A stretch of DNA of 63,513 bases, the filler included, from Thraustochytrium aureum (Eukaryota): the NCBI GenBank assembly GCA_012862495.1. It is 5 parts of 4 records of this genome, joined end to end, with 100 filler letters (N's around TTAATTAATTAA, not from the genome) between each part and the next. Parts side by side here need not be neighbours in the genome. Positions count along the whole stretch, not along the records: positions 1 to 21,704 come from BLSG01000312.1; positions 21,805 to 50,094 come from BLSG01000312.1; 3 more parts are not named here. One strand, 5' to 3'. Shown piece by piece: positions 11,901 to 22,537 of the stretch. Position numbers and translations under genes: made by a program. The notes beneath the pieces are model-generated. The model made no database searches and was not told the DNA's origin. It worked only from the letters and a program-made list of their open reading frames with translations. How positions within the stretch are numbered: position 1 is the stretch's first letter; each line of letters starts with the position of its first letter.

Positions 11901-12232
11901 TGCCTCCAGTCCGTCTCACCTGGAGCGAGCTCCACGGAGAGAGTCATGCGATAGTTGAGGCGCAACGTCCCGTCCTCCTGGATCTCCGTCGCGAGCACAA
12001 GAATTCGTTCTCCGCTCGCCTCCCCGCATATTCTCAGGTGAACCGCGCGGTTCACGGCGCTTGCAAGCTCCTTGGCCTTGCTGAGCTGCAGCCGGCGTGC
12101 CGAAAGTGGCCTGTCTGCTGGAGTTTTGCGCTCGATCGCAGTGATTTGCCCCACGCGCCTCTGTTTTGGAGACAGAGCCGCGGCTGCGTCCTCGAGCGTC
12201 TTGTCTGTCGCGCGCGCGTCTCTGTCGTCCAT
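5993..12232 (-). CDS. Large NLR-like protein: APH/TCAD9-like kinase fold + NACHT + ankyrin repeats (one intron, frameshifts near 7790 and 7375, N gap)
   Basis: LSGGFSSARVF...PCVVKVD...E, HGDLNGCNILID...LIDFA...DVAKLE (kinase fold). ILGAPASGKS, LLLLDGFDE, RVILTSR, NPMMLSL, FAHLTLQEHLAA, WWHDV (NACHT). Multiple ankyrin repeats (TCLHHAAEHN, TPTMWAAARN, SLHVATQNGYVDCMEVLLEHGANVN). Confidence 0.85.
10653..10771 (-). other. Predicted 119-nt GT-AG intron in the kinase-NACHT-ankyrin gene
   Basis: Minus-strand GAG|GTGAGT donor at 10771 and CAG| acceptor at 10653 join ORF 10346..12232 in frame to ORF 7167..10619 (FKDLYEAE|SDVAPAGETNAVLNEVFG). Confidence 0.6.
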
Positions 12233-13088
12233 CGCGTTTGATCTGCTTCTGGGCTGCCCACTCCGCGCAAAGCACGCAGTGGCGGCCCGGCAACTTGGGC
12301 CTCCAGCGCGCGAGACAGTCGCTATCCTGTCGGCGCTATGTGGCGCACTGCAGACTGGCGGAGCCTAGCCGTAAACCACCAGCTCGAAGCGCCGTCGCTC
12401 GAGCGTCAGCGCTCTGGAGCTAGAGACAGGTTGACGAGCTCTAGCTAGAGCTTCCGTTGCGGTCTGCCGGACTTGCCACGCGGAAGGCACGGCCCTGGAA
12501 GAACAACGAGGTCAGATGGTAGATGACACGCGCACGTTCCCTGGAAGGCGTAGAGTAGGTTCGCCATGGATGTCGCGCCCAAGCTAGCTAGCTAGAGTAT
12601 GCCCATGAGGGTGAGTGAAGCAGCGTCGGAGCGCTCAAAAAAAAGCTATCCTTGCCTACCGGATCTCTTTTTGCGACACCATAAAAAAGGAATCCTTGCG
12701 CAGTGTCCCTTGCTTGTTGAGGGCAACGATCGGTCGAGGGACGGGCGGCGAGCTGCTGAGCAGCGTGCAGGGCCGTCTCGCGTGCTGCTGCTGCTGCTGC
12801 TTGCGACCGTCTCGGCTGTGAGATTGGCGGCGTTGCGCTCGAATCAAATCGCTTCACGCAGCCGCGGCCCATGAAAAGTCACGCTCAGCTCGGCGCTCGG
12901 GTCGGCACTTTGTTCGGTGGTTTGTTTGGCTTCAATGGCTTGCTCGAGCCTGAACTGCTTTCAAAAGAGGCATGGGTGGCCGCGTGCAGGCAAGATGGCA
13001 CAGATAATGAGCTTTGGATACCGGCGTTGGGCGGAATCAAAAACAAACGCAGATGCAAATGCACAAATGCTCTTTCTGTTGTGGTCGC

Positions 13089-14664
13089 CTACGAAACCAT
13101 CGATTCATTGTGGTTTGGATAGCGGTAGTTGTCATAGGATCCAAAGTGCCCTGTCCCGGCCCGAGCTCGTCCGGAAGGAGCCAGATCCACCGTCACCGAT
13201 CTCCTCCGACCAGTTGTGTTGAGGAAGCTCGCTTTGACGATCGCATGCGCGCAGCCGAGGCGCGCGATGATGGCCAAAGTCCAAAGTCCTATCCACAGGT
13301 AGACCTTCCGGCGAAAGGGCAACACCATCAACCCGAGGGAGGTGATGACCAACATGGCCAGGAAAATACTGCACGAGTACATGTGCAGGACCATCTTGTG
13401 CAGGAAACGCAAATTGGCCGAGCTGCCGAGGTTGTTGGCCTTGACGAGGTCGCGGACGCCACGTGCAAACAGGCGCGACTGCTGGTTGAAAAACACGGCC
13501 GAGATCGACTCGAGCAGAGCGATTACGATCAAAAGCGGGATCCAGACGTCGTAGATGCTTCGCTGGAAAAGCTTGACGTACAGCAGGCTGAACGAGTCAG
13601 CAAAGAGACAAAAGAAAGCGACCGTGTAAAGTATGCGATGCATGTCCTTGTCGGAAATGCCTCGCACAGACCCAGGCAGGCTCTTGGACTGGCAAGACCC
13701 CTGAACTTTGCGCGCTTGAATTCACTGTCTGGCGCCGGAGCGTCCCGATCATCGAGCGCAGCCGCATCCAATGCAGCGCCATCATAAGAATGCTGCCCAT
13801 CGTCGTGCTTCGCGTCATGGTCAAGCACGCGCTGAACGTCTCGACAGTCAAGAACCCGGTCGAGCCCCACCCGTCCAAGAAGAAGACAAAGCTCATCATC
13901 CCGGAGGTGAGCATGTTGATTACCAGGCAGACCATCGGAAACCAAAAGACGGTACAAATCTCGTCCGAGGAGCAGTACCTAAAGTACTGGAATAAGCCAC
14001 GGACACACTCGAGGCACAGCGCCAGGAAGGCGAACCCCGTCACGAATTGGAAGAAAAAGTTGTAGACTGCCGAGTTCCACGCGTAGCGCTCAAATTCAGA
14101 CTCCTCGCGGACGACGTCGAGGACTGTACCATTTGCGATCAAGCCGCTGCTTTGGCTTTCCCATGTGCTTGGCAGCACGCAAGCGAGCACTGTAGTGTTT
14201 GTCCCAGAGTACTTTGCTTTTCCTTCGAAAAAGAAGTCGTAGTACACATTCGAGGCACTTTTGTCGAGGCTGTAATCCTTGTACGTGACACCAGAGTGCG
14301 CATCCTCGGCCTCGCTTTCGCTTGCCTCAGGAGGGAGGAAAACCGATTTCCCAATCATCACCCTAATGTTGGAGCGAAATACTACATCCAGGCTCACCAG
14401 GCCGCCTGCCACATCTTCATGGAATATCGCAAACCCACTGAGGTCGCGGTGCAAAAAGTCGTCTTCTGTTGGGTCGCGGAGCACCGTCACCCTGGCTGAC
14501 TCGAACGTGAGGTCGCCCATGAAGCGCGATTGGAAAAAGCAACTCGCGCCGTGACCCAGGTCTGCAACAGCCTCTGGCGACACGAGCTTGGTCTTCAACT
14601 TGTGTGCGCTGGCTGCACCAATCAGACTCGCGCCCATCGCTGCGAGCACAATCACACGAGCCAT
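13089..14664 (-). CDS. Multi-pass (about 7 TM) membrane protein with signal peptide and extracellular N-terminal domain; frameshift near 13690
   Basis: MARVIVLAAMGASLIGAASA signal-like start; hydrophobic segments in ORF 13597..14958 continue in ORF 13089..13667. Confidence 0.6.
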
Positions 14665-15639
14665 GCCTGCGCGAGGCAGGTGCGCCCTGTGGAGCCGAAA
14701 AAAAAAAGGCAGCGCACGCACAAGGGCACCGTCCAGGGAATAGGATCGCGGTTGTCTGTCCCGTGCGCTTCTTGACGGAGCTGCTTTGCCCTCCTCCACT
14801 TGGAGCCCTCGCCGCGGCTCTGCGCCGATCCTTGCGCACGTGGAGGCCTTGCGCTCGTGGAGGCCTTGCGCCCACTTCACTTGCGCTTGGCCGCTCGTGG
14901 AGGTCTTGCGGCAACTGCAGAGTACTTGCTCCTGTGGCGTCGTTATCCGTTCGTACAATCGTCACGGCGCAGGTGTTCCCAACGACTCTCGCAAGAGCGA
15001 GGGCGAGCGACTTGACGCATGGTGCAGCGCTCTTGAAAGAGAGAAAGCGCCTCATGAATTAAAACACGCAGCATGTATCTATCCACAGAAAGAGCATGTG
15101 TCAGGGCGCGCCTTGGCTGTCACTTGAGCCACAACGCGCAACGCCGCTCGCTCACGCGCACGAACCCCCACCCTGTTTGCCCGTTTCGTCGGCAACCACA
15201 ACAACCACCAGGAATAACTGGAACGAGCCGAAGACCGGACGCGAAAACCGGCAGCCGAGCAAACCGCGAACCATCTCAGCGTGGCATTGAGCCCGTCACG
15301 TCCGCCCCAAGCCGGCAGCTCCGCAGCAGCAGCGCTTTGGCGCATCGCCATCGCTGTCGGCAGCAGCGCGGGCACGCAACGCCTATACATCCCTCTATTT
15401 GCACGTGACTCCCTATTATGGTCGAGAATCGTCGTGTAACGGCTACATTGAACGCTGCGAAGAAGAAAGAAAAAAGTGCGAGCGACCGGGCGCCGATGCG
15501 ACCGGCGCCCAGACGCTCAACGCTCCGAGGCAGTTGCGAGCAGCGTGGGCGAGGTCGGCGGTGTGGGTTGCGCCTGGTTTTTTCTTTTAATCGAATCGAA
15601 AACGCGCTCGGTACTTGGTTCGTGGTGAGCTCGGCGAGA

Positions 15640-16335
15640 ATGACCTCGCTTCGCTTGGACGTGTTTCACACCGGGCTCGAGATGCGCATGCCCGAGCTCG
15701 TCTTCAATGTGGACAAGACCGTCGCTGAGGTCAAGGACAACTTGTACAGGCGCACCGGGACGGAGGTTGGCAGCATGGAGCTCTGGCTCGTGGACAGCCT
15801 AGGGCGAAAGCGGCAGATGCTGCACGAGCCGGGCCTCACAATGGCCGAGGTGTTCCCTCCGGAAGCGGAGCAAGGCGGTTGGCAGCTCCACATCGTCGAC
15901 ACAGACTCAAATAGCCTGTGTGCCACGAGGGAGCTCCTCGAGAGCGACGTGCCCAAGTACGAGGCGCCACACGGGCGCAAGGAATTCGCGGCCTTCCGTG
16001 TTGCGAAGCGGCAAGAAAAGTCGGGCCTGCCAGACTCACCGGTGGCAACAGCCACGACTGGCATGGCCGAGGCGGCCGAATTCGATGAGGACGAGCGCGT
16101 GGTCCTCCTCAAGGACGGGTCGAAAGGCACGATCAGGTACATTGGCAAGTGCGCCGCTGCAGCACCAGGGTTTTTCGTTGGCGTAGAGCTGGACGAGGCC
16201 AAGGGACGAAATGACGGCACGGTTAAGGGCAAGCACCTTTTCGACTGCGCCCCCAACCACGGCGTGCTGGTTCGCCCAAACGCAATTCGAAAAATGCGCC
16301 ACAGCGACCTTGGCGATGACCGCGAGGAGCTCTGA
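15640..16335 (+). CDS. TBCB: Tubulin-folding cofactor B (ubiquitin-like + CAP-Gly)
   Basis: Ubl segment (TVAEVKDNLYRRTGT, LHIVDTD, VPKYE) and CAP-Gly GTIRYIG...FVGVELDEAKGRNDGTVKGKHLFDC..NHGVLVRP. Confidence 0.9.
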   Translation: MTSLRLDVFHTGLEMRMPELVFNVDKTVAEVKDNLYRRTGTEVGSMELWLVDSLGRKRQMLHEPGLTMAEVFPPEAEQGGWQLHIVDTDSNSLCATRELLESDVPKYEAPHGRKEFAAFRVAKRQEKSGLPDSPVATATTGMAEAAEFDEDERVVLLKDGSKGTIRYIGKCAAAAPGFFVGVELDEAKGRNDGTVKGKHLFDCAPNHGVLVRPNAIRKMRHSDLGDDREEL

Positions 16336-16496
16336 GCTAGCTCGGTGGCACTCTCTCGCTAGAGCATCACCTTCTGCGGGTGGCGCTGGGCGAGGCTTGC
16401 TTTCGCAAGCTGACAGGATGTCTAAGGAACGAATCATGTTGTTTTCACAGTCAATTTCCAAGCGCCAGAGGGCCAGCGCAAAGCACACACGCTCTC

Positions 16497-17711
16497 TCAC
16501 GCCCAGGCTTGCGCTGGGCGCACTTTGCCGGCCTCCCCCAGCTCGACAGAGCTGAATCTGTTGCGGTAGAAGGCCACGCCTTGCAAGGTCTCGTCGCGGC
16601 ACAAGTGGCCGAGCCCCTCCGCGGCCTTGAGCTGCTCCATCGCAAGTTGCAGAGACAGCGAGAGCTCCTGCGCGACAAGCAGAGGGGTCAGATAGGGCTG
16701 CTCGGAAGACTCGCAGCGACCCAGCATCGCAAGGAGCGACTTGGCGGCCTCTTCGTCGCTAAGCGATCGGCTTTGCAGCACAGCGACTCCGCTCGGGAAC
16801 GTGCGAAGCGTGTGGTCAAGGCCGAGCGGCTCCATCATCGTGCAAGCCTGGTACAGGTCATTCGGGGAGATGAGTTCGGTGCCGCGCGCCCGGTTGACGA
16901 GGCAGTACAGGTCGGTGAGCGCGATCACGCCAGACTTGGAGTGGCGTTTGAGGTGGCGAGCAAGAAAGTCGCTCAACTCGCGGGCCAGCTCCTCGTGGTA
17001 TCGCGATCCGCAGGCTCGCTTGGTGGCAGGGTTGGCGATGCCCATGTCGTTGAGGAGAGCGAAGAACTCGCGCTCCTCGCTCCCCGGGTTTGCATCGGAG
17101 CTGCGCTCCTGCTTTTGCCGCACCGCAGCGGAGAACCGATCCGCGAGGCTGACAATCTCGGAGGCCGACTGCAAGAGCACGCTCAGGTCCGAAAACGCGT
17201 CTGTAGCGAGCGTTCGCGTCTGCTCGCGCGTCTGCTCTTGGCGGCGCATCACGCCGCCCACGCCCGCAAAGTGCGTCTTGTTCTCGCTCTCGCGCTTGAC
17301 GACCACTTTGGGCGCCTTCCAGCCCTGGCGCGAGATGGACGTCTGCAGGCGCTCGAAGAACTCGGAGCACTCGTTTCCAGAGAAAACCAGCCGAACCAGG
17401 GGCCTCGAGGGATCCTTCGCAAAGTAGAGGTCAATGCGGGGCTCTCGGCGAAAGATGCTTTTGTGTGCCTCTGCTTTGAGGATGCGCTGCAGGCCGAGCT
17501 TGATTGGGGCCCCGTTTGCGCGGTCGTCTGGCCACCACCAAATAAAGTGCGTCGTTACTGCTGCATGGCCTTTGGTCGCGCCGGGCACCGCGAGCGGCTG
17601 CTTGGCAGAATCGAGGATCGCGACGCCGCTCGCGGTCGCGACCTGCGTTTCCCCGTCAGCGAGGTCGGCCCGGCCGGCGTTTGTCAGCGACCCGGCCTCC
17701 AGGAACTCCAT
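16497..17711 (-). CDS. VPS36: ESCRT-II subunit VPS36/EAP45
   Basis: GLUE-like N-terminus, AGVGGVMR, AFSDL..LL..ASEIV, MGIANPAT, YHEELAREL, LTDLYCLVNRARGTELISP, LCRDETLQG..FY.NRF. Confidence 0.92.
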   Translation of the reverse strand: MEFLEAGSLTNAGRADLADGETQVATASGVAILDSAKQPLAVPGATKGHAAVTTHFIWWWPDDRANGAPIKLGLQRILKAEAHKSIFRREPRIDLYFAKDPSRPLVRLVFSGNECSEFFERLQTSISRQGWKAPKVVVKRESENKTHFAGVGGVMRRQEQTREQTRTLATDAFSDLSVLLQSASEIVSLADRFSAAVRQKQERSSDANPGSEEREFFALLNDMGIANPATKRACGSRYHEELARELSDFLARHLKRHSKSGVIALTDLYCLVNRARGTELISPNDLYQACTMMEPLGLDHTLRTFPSGVAVLQSRSLSDEEAAKSLLAMLGRCESSEQPYLTPLLVAQELSLSLQLAMEQLKAAEGLGHLCRDETLQGVAFYRNRFSSVELGEAGKVRPAQAWA

Positions 17712-19030
17712 CGCCTGCCGCCCAACACGGTTCGCCACTGCGCCAACCACACCCCGCGTGTCGGCGACGAGCCCAGCTTCCTCCAACGACGACCGCGGCA
17801 GCGTCCTCCACGACCGGCGAGGCCGACCCAACGAGGCCACCAGACAAGGCCCGAAATCCGGCGAAAGCGCAAAGCAAAACCTCGCCAGAGAAACAGCAGG
17901 GCGTCCCGGAGCTGCGCCACGCACGACTGACCAGCACGGCGAGAGCTCCGTGCCAGGATCGGCCTCCGCAGCGCGCCGCGTCCGCTCTAGAGCAGCGCCG
18001 CCGCCTTCACGTTCAGGGTCTACTCAGCAGCTTCATAAAGAGAGCGTGCGAGTAACGAACTCCTTGGACCTTGGAAACACGTGGGCAGCTGAGCAATGGC
18101 GCTGCTGGTATCGAACATGCCACGCCGTTGCCGCGTGGACGATCCCTGGAGGGCCTTGCACGTGCGCCCTCGTAGTCAGGAGATCGTTGGCGTCTGCTGG
18201 GCTATTTGAGTGATTGCAGAGCAGAGAATTCTCAGAGGTTGAAGCCACAGCTCAGACAAGTTCGATCTGGGCATTTGTTGTTGTCCGTCAGACTCGTATT
18301 CACTCCGGTGCTCCGGCATGTCGCGTCTTCTGCAGCAGCTCACCAAGAGGCTGCTTGGTGCAACCATTTCGATCCGCGGGCGATCGTCAACAAGTTTGTC
18401 ACGCGCGTTTCGTGTCAACATCGCAACTTGATTCGCAAGGCCATTACTCTAGAGTCAAGCTCTTCGCCATCTTCAGACTTTTGGATGTCCGTCCGGTTCC
18501 TGNNNNNNNNNNNNNNNNNNNNNNNNNNNNNNNNNNNNNNNNNNNNNNNNNNNNNNNNNNNNNNNNNNNNNNNNNNNNNNNNNNNNNNNNNNNNNNNNNN
18601 NNNNNNNNNNNNNNNNNNNNNNNNNNNNNNNNNNNNNNNNNNNNNNNNNNNNNNNNNNNNNNNNNNNNNNNNNNNNNNNNNNNNNNNNNNNNNNNNNNNN
18701 NNNNNNNNNNNNNNNNNNNNNNNNNNNNNNNNNNNNNNNNATGCGAGCGCCATCACCATCATGATGACGGCTCGCCGGCTGGTAAACGCGGTGCGCGAAG
18801 GCGTGCAGAGCAGAGCCACGGCGGTCGCATCAGTCGAGAACTGACTTCGGATGCCATTCTACTAGTAGTATCTTGCGGAGTACAGACGTATGCTCGCGTA
18901 CAAAGCGAGCACCAGGGCGATGCTGCATCACCAGCAACAGCAACAGCAGCACGACAGCGGCAGCAGCGGCGGCAGCAGCGGCGGCAGCAGAGCCCTGTTC
19001 CAGAGTCAGGCGCGCAGGCAAGGAGGCGCG

Positions 19031-19100
19031 GCTAGGGCAGGCTAGGGCAGGCTAGGGTAGGCTAGGGCAAGCTAGGGTAGGCTAGGGTTGGCTAGGGTAG
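19031..19100 (+). repeat. Seven tandem copies of the 10-mer GCTAGGGYAG
   Basis: Directly visible; ends 42 nt upstream of the ATG at 19143. Confidence 0.95.
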
Positions 19101-19142
19101 GCGGTGTTTTGGGCGAAGAAGGATTGACGCGCGTCGTGCAGG

Positions 19143-19463
19143 ATGGGCAGAGTGAGGCCGCTGGCGTGGGGACTGGCGAGCGGCGGCGTGGCGTACCTTG
19201 GCATGCATGTGTACGCGACTTCGAATTTGAGGCGCGTGGACGTCGGCCTCCGGGCGCTGCGACATGAGATCAACCCCGACGCGCCAGCGCCGACGAGTGT
19301 CGGGCACGAGGATAGCACCTCCGGGCTGGTGGCGTACCGCGAGCGGGCCGCAACGGCCTTTCGCGAGAACTGGAATGGGTCTATCAAGTGGATGTACAGC
19401 AAGTTTGTGACGTCGCTGCGCAACCCGTACTTTAACGACAGAGCCAGCGAGCAGAGCAAGTAG
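19143..19463 (+). CDS. Small membrane protein resembling MICOS subunit MIC13/QIL1/Mic12
   Basis: 106 aa; N-terminal TM with GxxxGGxxY (GLASGGVAYL) and C-terminal RENWNGSI, matching the conserved WN motif of MIC13. Confidence 0.55.
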   Translation: MGRVRPLAWGLASGGVAYLGMHVYATSNLRRVDVGLRALRHEINPDAPAPTSVGHEDSTSGLVAYRERAATAFRENWNGSIKWMYSKFVTSLRNPYFNDRASEQSK

Positions 19464-20042
19464 CTGCTGGCTTGGTCAACGGGGCCGGTCCCCGGCGATC
19501 GCTCGCAGCGGGGCTCGGAGCGGCGCGCGTCGCGGGTCGCGGCTTGGCGCCGAGCCGAGAGCGCTGGGGCTCGAGTCGGTGGAAAGCCCCCCTCACCCCG
19601 CCCAGTGCCGAGGCGCGCTTCTGCCAGGCTTTTGATAGTTGGCAGTGAAACGATTGATCTTTCTTGTCCGGCGCTTGCCAAGGCGGAACCCCCTATTGCT
19701 GTCTGCGCCTTCTCGATTGGAGGCTTTGCGCAAAGATACCACTCCGGGCCCTCCCTCCAATGAGCTGGGCGCGGTAGAGCGCTGCTGAGAGCAAACTGGT
19801 CAGGAGCCATGCCATTGCGTTACGTTTCTTCCTGTGCAAAAGATTAGTGGCAGGAGCGGAGGGGCCGACGGGCGGCCCCCGAAAAGCCGATACAGGGTCC
19901 GTCCTCGAAGGGGCGGATCTCGAGCTAGTCAAAGCAGTACCTGGGGATGGATGGGTCAAGCACTCAAGCTATCGTGAGGCGTGACGCTCAACCAACAGTC
20001 ACTGGACGCGCAGTCCTTTCGTCGGCGCGCCATTGTGCTGCG

Positions 20043-21401
20043 TCACTTGAGAATGGGCGTGCTCCCAGCCTTGCTCGCCTTGAGCAGCTCCAACGTCGTG
20101 GTATTGATGAGTTTGTACTTGACTGCGTACTCAAACAGTTCGTTGTCGTAGGACGCGCAGTCAGGCGTATTAAACCACATGCCAATGTTGAGGAAACGCG
20201 CGGCCTTGTCCAACCCGACTGTGTGCGCCAGGTACGGGATGTCGCCAGGCTTGAGGTACTTGAGGCTCTTCGACGACCAGTGCGTGTTAAATATGGCGTG
20301 CGGGGCAATCGCAAGCGCGAGCTGGCGGAAGCGGAACGAGCGCAGCAGCTGGTTGAGGAGGATCTGGTCGCTTCCCTTCTTCACTTTGCAGAGGTTGACG
20401 AACGAACTCAGGAAAATCTTGGTCTTCTTGGACGGCACAAAGAAGACCGCGCCCCCGTTCACGTAGCCGTACGAGTCCTCGCGCGGCGAAAAGCTGCCGA
20501 TTATGTCGCGCCGGTACTTGACTGCGTCGAAGAAGGGGAAAGGGTTCCGGAGCCAGACCACGTCGACGTCCATGAGGAACACTTCGTGATTAGCCAGAAC
20601 GAGTGCCTCCGCCGCGGCTGCCGCCATCGTGTTGATGAACGCGTGCGGGCCCACATTCGCTAGCCCCGTGTATCGGTGGTCAATGGTCAAACCCGCGTCG
20701 TGCAGCCAATCAAGCGGCTCCGCGGCGAAGCCAGCCTTCGTGGCCGCGTTGAAGGCGCGTTCGTCAGTCGTTAGAACAAAGGTAAAACTGCGCGGGTCCA
20801 ATCCAATCCGCTCGCAGGAGCACACCCAGTTCATGAACAAGTACATTTGGCCGTAGTTGACAGCAACCACGACCATCGACCGCGGCTTGGGCACACCGGC
20901 CGCGCTAATATCCGTGAAGCGCTCTTTCAGCATTGCCAAGCGCGGCTCCAATCGCTTTTTGCTGCGAAAAGCCTTTATCATCGCGGATACCTTGTCAAAG
21001 TTGGGACGGCACGCGACACAGGTCGGGTCTTCTGCGCACTGGTACTCATTCTCCCCGTGGGGGAGCCGAGCGTGCAGGCGTTCGTCGCACATTCGGATCT
21101 GCTTTTCGCTCAATGGAAAGCGCGGATACGCCACAAGCTCGCAGAGGTCGTCGAGAGGGTCGTCCACGCACCTATGAACTGAGCTGTTGGCCCTCCGCGC
21201 ATCTGCCATCTCGATCTCAGCTGCAAGTGTCGGCTGGTCCAGCTCGTTGCTCACAACCAGTGCAGTATTTTGATCCGCCACCGCGTTGGGCTGCTGCTCG
21301 AGCGTTCCAGCCATGGTGGACAGTCCCACCATCCCGAGCAACGCAACAGACACAAGCAGCACGATCGCAATCACCGGCCTCCGTTGCGTCAACAGCACCA
21401 T
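20043..21401 (-). CDS. Type II membrane nucleotide-diphospho-sugar transferase (Nucleotid_trans/GT77-like)
   Basis: N-terminal TM anchor, LFMNWVCS, DxD motif LMDVDVVWLRNPF, NGG..F, SDQ..LN. Confidence 0.85.
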   Translation of the reverse strand: MVLLTQRRPVIAIVLLVSVALLGMVGLSTMAGTLEQQPNAVADQNTALVVSNELDQPTLAAEIEMADARRANSSVHRCVDDPLDDLCELVAYPRFPLSEKQIRMCDERLHARLPHGENEYQCAEDPTCVACRPNFDKVSAMIKAFRSKKRLEPRLAMLKERFTDISAAGVPKPRSMVVVAVNYGQMYLFMNWVCSCERIGLDPRSFTFVLTTDERAFNAATKAGFAAEPLDWLHDAGLTIDHRYTGLANVGPHAFINTMAAAAAEALVLANHEVFLMDVDVVWLRNPFPFFDAVKYRRDIIGSFSPREDSYGYVNGGAVFFVPSKKTKIFLSSFVNLCKVKKGSDQILLNQLLRSFRFRQLALAIAPHAIFNTHWSSKSLKYLKPGDIPYLAHTVGLDKAARFLNIGMWFNTPDCASYDNELFEYAVKYKLINTTTLELLKASKAGSTPILK

Positions 21402-21748
21402 CGTGGGGCCTCCACCGTCGTCCCGCCCGAGGCAGGCCAGTCGCGTCGTCTGATTGTTGCGAGATCGGCGTGGCCGCCAGCCTCCGCGCAGACCGCAGCG
21501 AAGTCAAGCGCGGAGCAAAGCGCCTCGCCTGTCGCAGCGCAGCCGCAGCTAGTCTCCGCACAGCGCTGCCGCGGCCTGGCGTTTCTCCAGCGCGCGCCAG
21601 AGAGTCCGGCGCGCGGGCCGGGATGGGGTGGCCTATCTCGTCGTTTCGTGCTCTGACGAATGAACGTCGTGTTCCAGTCGTCAATCAAGGGAGTAGAAGA
21701 CTAANNNNNNNNNNNNNNNNNNNNNNNNNNNNNNNNNNNNNNNNNNNN

Positions 21749-21760
21749 TTAATTAATTAA
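21749..21760. other. Artificial scaffold linker TTAATTAATTAA flanked by 44 N on each side
   Basis: Six-frame stop linker; the same motif recurs at 50139, 57332 and 59050. Confidence 0.95.
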
Positions 21761-21804
21761 NNNNNNNNNNNNNNNNNNNNNNNNNNNNNNNNNNNNNNNN
21801 NNNN

Positions 21805-22160
21805 TCGATTGCCTGGACAGAGAGCTCAGTCTTGACTAGGGTGTCACGGAGCGGCCCAGTCGTCTGGCGGCCCTGCCGCTCGCTGGGCTCTTCAAAGTCG
21901 TCTGGGAGGCCAGGTTCAAGTTTGACGGCAGATGCTCCGCCCTTCGCGAGCCGCGCGCTCCTCCTTCCGCCGCGCTCCGCACCGCGAGCCATCGCCGTCG
22001 TCTTCTTTCGCGCCGTCGGCGCCGCTTTCGGCTTGCGTTTGCGTGAGACTTCCGAAGCAGGCCCAAGGAGGCCGAGCTCGCGCATGCTCGCTTCATTCGC
22101 AGCAATGTTGTCGAGTCGTTGTTGTTCGTACTCCGAGACGGCCATCTCCGTGACCACCAT
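21805..22160 (-). CDS. 5' fragment of a probable nuclear protein, truncated at the scaffold end
   Basis: SEYEQQRLDNIAANEASMRELGL followed by basic stretches and RRSARL, a leader seen in WDR76/CDCA7-like chromatin proteins. Confidence 0.5.
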
Positions 22161-22537
22161 CGTGTCGCAGGGCAGCGGGGACTCTGTTTTCCAAAATCGT
22201 CGGTGTCCTGGCTCTCCCGACCTCCTCGCGACTCGGGTTTCGCGCCTGCGTCCACATTGCGGACTGGCGCTCGCCAGCTCTTCGTCAGAACACGCGCGCA
22301 CCTCGTGCGACAGCCACGAACGCAAGAAAATGGGGAGGGCCATCGGTTGTGATTCAGGTTGCTTCGGGACCGGTCCAGGGCGGGTGGTGCCAACCTACGT
22401 TCAGCACGCGGCTTCTGGCGCGCGCAGACGTGCTCGTTTCGGGCTGCCGATCGGGGATGTTCGTGTTTTTCCTGTCGAGTACTTAATCAAACAAGGTCAT
22501 GGATGATCGACATCGCTTCAGCGCGCGGCAACTGTCG

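Noticed and set aside
18033..19021. Possible minus-strand type II membrane protein
   Set aside because: Only short fragmented ORFs around a gap with no recognisable motif; not supportable.
21705..21804. Recurrent palindrome TTAATTAATTAA (also at 50139, 57332, 59050) as a biological motif
   Set aside because: Always centred in a 100-nt N block; it is a six-frame-stop assembly linker, so gene adjacency across these points is meaningless.
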